Shown: piece after piece, positions 59,367 through 64,000 of the stretch
Layout of the letters: the number at the start of each line of letters is the position of its first letter
Position numbering within the stretch: position 1 is the stretch's first letter
Assembly (NCBI GenBank): GCA_001600815.1
Contig: BCKZ01000028.1
Location: forward strand, 124,001-188,000
Length of the DNA: 64,000 bases
Direction of reading: 5' to 3'
Origin: Alloascoidea hylecoeti
Taxonomy: Eukaryota
Program-made: the position numbers and the translations under genes
Notes under the pieces: model-generated
Told to the model about the DNA's origin: nothing
Database searches by the model: none
The model's input: only the letters and a program-made list of their open reading frames with translations

Positions 59367-61079
59367 ATGAATAATTCATATAACAATAACGATATTTGTT
59401 ATTTTACATCTATTCCATTTGAAATATTAATTAAAATATTCAAATATTCCGATTACAAATCATTTATAAATTTAACAACAACCTGTTCTTATTTCTATCA
59501 GTTTTCAATGAATGATGAATTTTTAAAATTTATAATAAATTTACATTATCCATTTTTAACTATATCTGATGAAAGCGCTTTAAAAGAATCTGCAAAAGAT
59601 TATTGTTTATCATTTGATAAATATAATGTTAATTATAAAAACAATGAAAAAAATGAAAATAATTACCAATTTTTTAATCATGAAATTGATGTTAATAAAT
59701 ATTTAAATGAATCATCTATTCCTGATAATAAATTTAATATTAAAATTAATCAATTTCCATCAACATTAAAATCAAAAAATGATCTTTTTTATATCCCAGA
59801 ATGTTTTAGAAAACCAGATACTGAACTATCAGATGGTGAATTATCAATAGGAGTTTCATTAACATCACCTCCAATTTTTTCAGAATTATCAATTAGTTTA
59901 TTAAATCAAACAATAAGTATTCCAACATATAATAATCAAAGAAAATTAAGTGTTTCATCTTCTTTATCATCTACTTCTGGAATGCTTTATAATCGAAGTT
60001 CACCTGGTATATTATTTAAAGAAATAAATTTTAAAAAATCGAAATATAAAGTTTTCAGACCAATTCCTTCAAATTCAATAGATGGATTAAATTCATGGCA
60101 AATTAAAGAAATTGTTGAATTTAATGATTTAAATCTTAAAAGAGTTCGACATAAAACTCATTATGATGTATCAATTAATTTACCAAAAGATTCATCAATT
60201 GATAATGTTTTAATAAATGATTATTATATATTTATTTTATGGTATAAATATGATTATAAATCAAATTCAAATTGCTATAATTTATTAGTTTTATTAAGAA
60301 ATAATGGTCAACAATTAGGTCAATTAAATAATATTCTAAATGAAAAAAGTACATTTTCAACAAATTTAACAACTGAAATTATTTTATATTCAACTAAATC
60401 ACATTTATTTATAACTTTTAAATCAAAAATTTTCTTTTTATCATTTATTGAAATTTTTGAAAGAATTGATAAAAATATTAAAATTTCAAATGTTAAAAGA
60501 TTTGTTAAATGGTTTGATGATGATTATGATCCAAATTTAAATGAAAATATTCAAGATAATGAATCATTATTACCTATAGGTAAAAAATTATTTAATTCAA
60601 TTCCAAAAATTCAATCAGATTCATCATTTAATATATTTAAATGGAATAAATTATGTGAAATTGATTTAAAACCAGTAAAATTAATAATTTCAAAAAATTA
60701 TAAATATTTATTAATTTTAACTGATTCATTTGGTATTGATCCATCAAAAGTAATTTATTATTTATTTGATTTTCATAATGATGAATTACATGAAATTTCA
60801 ATCTTAAGAGAAAATGATAAAGGTGATGGTTATTGGGGTTATATGGAACGATGGTTTATTGATTCAAATTTGAATATTTATTTATATAATCTTAGATTCT
60901 TTGAAAGTTTATGGAATTTATTAGATACTAAATTAATTGAAGATAATCAACCGGATAAACTTGATGTAATTGGTTGGAAAACAATGGGTTATAATGAACT
61001 AAATTATGATATGAATATTATGAGAAGTGAAATGCTCAAAGACAATTTGAAATTGAAACAAAATATATTCTGCTGTTGA
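59367..61079 (+). CDS. F-box protein, 570 aa
   Basis: N-terminal FTSIPFEILIKIFKYSDYKSFINLTTTCSYFYQF fits the F-box pattern. The remainder is unrecognised and beta-rich. Confidence 0.75.
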   Translation: MNNSYNNNDICYFTSIPFEILIKIFKYSDYKSFINLTTTCSYFYQFSMNDEFLKFIINLHYPFLTISDESALKESAKDYCLSFDKYNVNYKNNEKNENNYQFFNHEIDVNKYLNESSIPDNKFNIKINQFPSTLKSKNDLFYIPECFRKPDTELSDGELSIGVSLTSPPIFSELSISLLNQTISIPTYNNQRKLSVSSSLSSTSGMLYNRSSPGILFKEINFKKSKYKVFRPIPSNSIDGLNSWQIKEIVEFNDLNLKRVRHKTHYDVSINLPKDSSIDNVLINDYYIFILWYKYDYKSNSNCYNLLVLLRNNGQQLGQLNNILNEKSTFSTNLTTEIILYSTKSHLFITFKSKIFFLSFIEIFERIDKNIKISNVKRFVKWFDDDYDPNLNENIQDNESLLPIGKKLFNSIPKIQSDSSFNIFKWNKLCEIDLKPVKLIISKNYKYLLILTDSFGIDPSKVIYYLFDFHNDELHEISILRENDKGDGYWGYMERWFIDSNLNIYLYNLRFFESLWNLLDTKLIEDNQPDKLDVIGWKTMGYNELNYDMNIMRSEMLKDNLKLKQNIFCC

Positions 61080-61944
61080 TTTTAATTTGATAGATAATAT
61101 TAATGATCATGAGTTTAATATTAATGAATTTCCATTAAATTTAGGTCTCTATTCTTAGCATAGTTAACGTTATATAGTAGTGAATAATGAATTATAATAC
61201 TTAGTGGGAAATACAAGGAAATTGTCAAGTACAAAACTTCGTAATCCTGATTCCTCAATCTTGATTAAAGTTTCAAGTTTTGATTAACCTGAAAGTAGTT
61301 ATAAAAGATGAAACACAACAAATATCAATCGCTCACAATAATGTCTCTAATACTCTATAGTCGAAAACTCAATAATCAGTAACTCAACCAAAAATGATGA
61401 ACTGTCTGAAACTTATCTAGATCTACTATCACGAATTTTCTATTTTTTGGTTCTAACGATAACTTGGTAAGATTGAAGAGCCCAGTTGTGAAGGCCAAAT
61501 ACTTGATAATCTGATTTTTTGATTAAAATTGTCCTTTCCTAGCTAAAAATGAGATATCTTCCCATCCAAATTGTTATAACATATTTAATCCGTAAGTTTA
61601 GTGGATTTCTCCCGGGTTTACGTGTTTCATACAGTGTTGCACACATGAGTACTATAGTTATTACACTTAAGTTCGGCCATCCCGATTATTAATTATCAGA
61701 TTGTGCACCCGAAGCTGTTCTATATATTATGTATCTATATTAAAGGGGTTTACCGGATAATGCCATTGAAAAATTAGTTAGGAATGGCTGATAATTAGTA
61801 ATTAACAATCAAGATTAATTGAAATGACGGTATGTGCACTCGAGATTAAACTGGCGCTTCGCGAAAAATTAGGTAAAGTTTACAAACAGTAAGGATTAAT
61901 GTTACAAGCCTAAAAATATATACTTTAGGTCAAAATCTAATTTA

Positions 61945-63105
61945 TCGATAGTCTTGTTTTCTTCTCTTCAGATGTTTTTCTGTTAACGTGAATCCTATTT
62001 TAGATTTTAACCACTTATCGTTTCAATCTCTTTCTTAGTATACTTATTAGTCACGTTTCAATATCTCTATGGCTGAACTTGTCAAGTAATTCATCATCTT
62101 CAATTGTATAAAAGCTACTTTCTGGCGCTTCCTCATTCATAGTTCTATGAACTTTTTTGATTCCTGAATCAATATTTCTTTGTGTTTTTGTATTCTAAAG
62201 TAAACGCATCATTTTCTTTTTCGGAAAAATCAAGAGTTATCATAGATTCAAACTCTATATTGATATCAGGAAGAAGGAACATTTTTCAATGTATCATCCT
62301 GAATGTTTGAATAAACCTCTCTGATAGAGTTGAATAACACCTCCAACCTACCTTTCCTCTAACACATATTGTCATCAATTGCGGTCAATCGTCGAGAAGG
62401 TGTATAATTCCTAAAAATATTTATCATTTTATAATCTGCTATCCCTTGGCTTATACGTTTTCTTGTCCTAGACGAAATATTAAAGTTCAAAATGCCTGTT
62501 CTCTCAGTTGCACCAAAAAGCCAATCGACTCTTTAGTGAACTGTTCTAAGAGTGTAATATATAGAATGTCCAACAGAAAGAGGACTCATGTCAAAAAATT
62601 TTATCCAATCATAACTAATTTTTTTCAGATGCTAAGCTATCTGCATAGCTTTTGGGTGAGTTGGTCATTTCCTTCAAGTGTTAAGTGTTTAGGTCCAGTT
62701 GCCTTACCCCCACTTAGATTGTAGATCCCTCTTGCCATAATTATGAGATATTAAAAAAGTGCATCAAAGTATGGAGTACCACATTTTAATAAGTATGTCA
62801 TGGTAAACACGACATGATTATAAACAGAATCATCATTCCTCATTGTTTGGATCTAATTGAGATAAGGATGGACCTTTCCAGGCATCAGAATTTATACCAC
62901 CCTCAATCCTGATTGATATACCTGGTAATAGTAATTGATCATCTTCTGGTTCTATAAGCAATCCGCCTATTGGATTAGCTAACCATTTATGATCTATATT
63001 AATGGGTGGATTATATTCAAAAAGCCCAATTCCACCAATACCTGCAAGATAGATATCAGAAGACATTTCAGAAAAGATTTCCAAAATGACATAGATAAAA
63101 CTCAA
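61945..63105 (-). pseudogene. Possible decayed coding sequence of unknown family
   Basis: A 90-aa protein-like ORF (62833..63105) is followed by further stop- and frameshift-broken protein-like stretches on the same strand. Confidence 0.25.
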
Positions 63106-64000
63106 AATGATTCTTTTTCTAAAGATCCCTTTCTAAACCAGGGGGTGAATGGTTTCGTAAACAGTACTTTTGGGCCTTTGGTCGAGTCATACTTAACATA
63201 CTACTGGGTAATCTTATATAGATTAATTATTATGTTAATTTTAGATGTAATTCGTTGGCTACGCTATAATGGATTCGTTAGGGTTCATTATCAAGCACCT
63301 TCGAATTGAGCTTATATATATATAGTCATTTCACTTGATTTAGGCCATTTGTGAATAGGACTAGATATAATACACTCAAAAATTTCCTCCACATTATGTA
63401 CTAATGTTCGGCCATAGCGCTAAACAATTATCGGCCTTGTGATGAATTAGAATTAGGCCACGCGATGAACAAAGTATACACCTACTATCTATACTGAATA
63501 ATTGGCCACTTAATGCTAAATATCGGCTAACCGAATAACTAAACATTCGGTATTTATAAAATACAAACTAATCGATATCGATTATATTAAAAATTTGATA
63601 TTTTGATTGTTCTGAGAGAGTCATGGACTTTTCAATGTATTCACTTGAATTAGAAGTACCAGTAACCTTATAATTATAGGTGGTGTGGAAATCTCGATAA
63701 GGCTATGGTTCTCAAGAAATTGTCTCAACTAGGAATTTAGTAAACAAGGCCTTATATAATTTTTCTTTTCAAATTTCCTTGTGTTATCTCCTGTTTACAT
63801 ACTATAATTTATTTTACTTAGCTAGCAAAAAGTAAAATCACACACACACACACACACTATGACGACTTTCTTTGGAAAATGCAAACTTAAACAATCATTA
63901 TAGTAAATATTAATAAATATATAATACATTAGTATTTTCATTTCTCTAATAAAAAGTTAATACCTTGGTTGATGGTCCAAATACTCTATCTATCTATTTA

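Overview
This is AT-rich genomic DNA from a budding yeast (Saccharomycotina), judged by a GTAAGT/TACTAAC/AG intron, otherwise intronless genes, and CTG at conserved Leu positions (standard code). The window looks like an accessory, transporter-rich region. Recognisable genes are two paralogous LAC12/cellodextrin-type sugar porters (one with an intron), BPH1 (BEACH-WD40), a DUF3445/HRQ protein, ABZ2, a mitochondrial PPR protein, HGT1, an alcohol acetyltransferase-family gene, GAP1, a PYD3-like beta-ureidopropionase and an F-box gene, plus several pseudogenes. Two things stand out. (1) At 18-24.5 kb, two convergent Ty3/gypsy relics sit beside an open gene fusing a PD-(D/E)xK-type nuclease to a minimal protein kinase. 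This is the architecture of Crinkler-type REase-kinase effectors and Podospora Spok meiotic drivers, and the ambiguous bases cluster in and just before the nuclease part. (2) At 52.2-57.7 kb, a palindrome with 2,666-bp arms (no mismatch seen by eye) carries two head-to-head copies of a Ubc6-type E2. In these copies the ER tail anchor is replaced by a basic NLS-like patch and several SUMO-interacting-motif-like elements. Smaller fold-back palindromes occur at 14.9 kb and 38.8-39.1 kb. All family calls come from motif recognition by eye; no database search was run.
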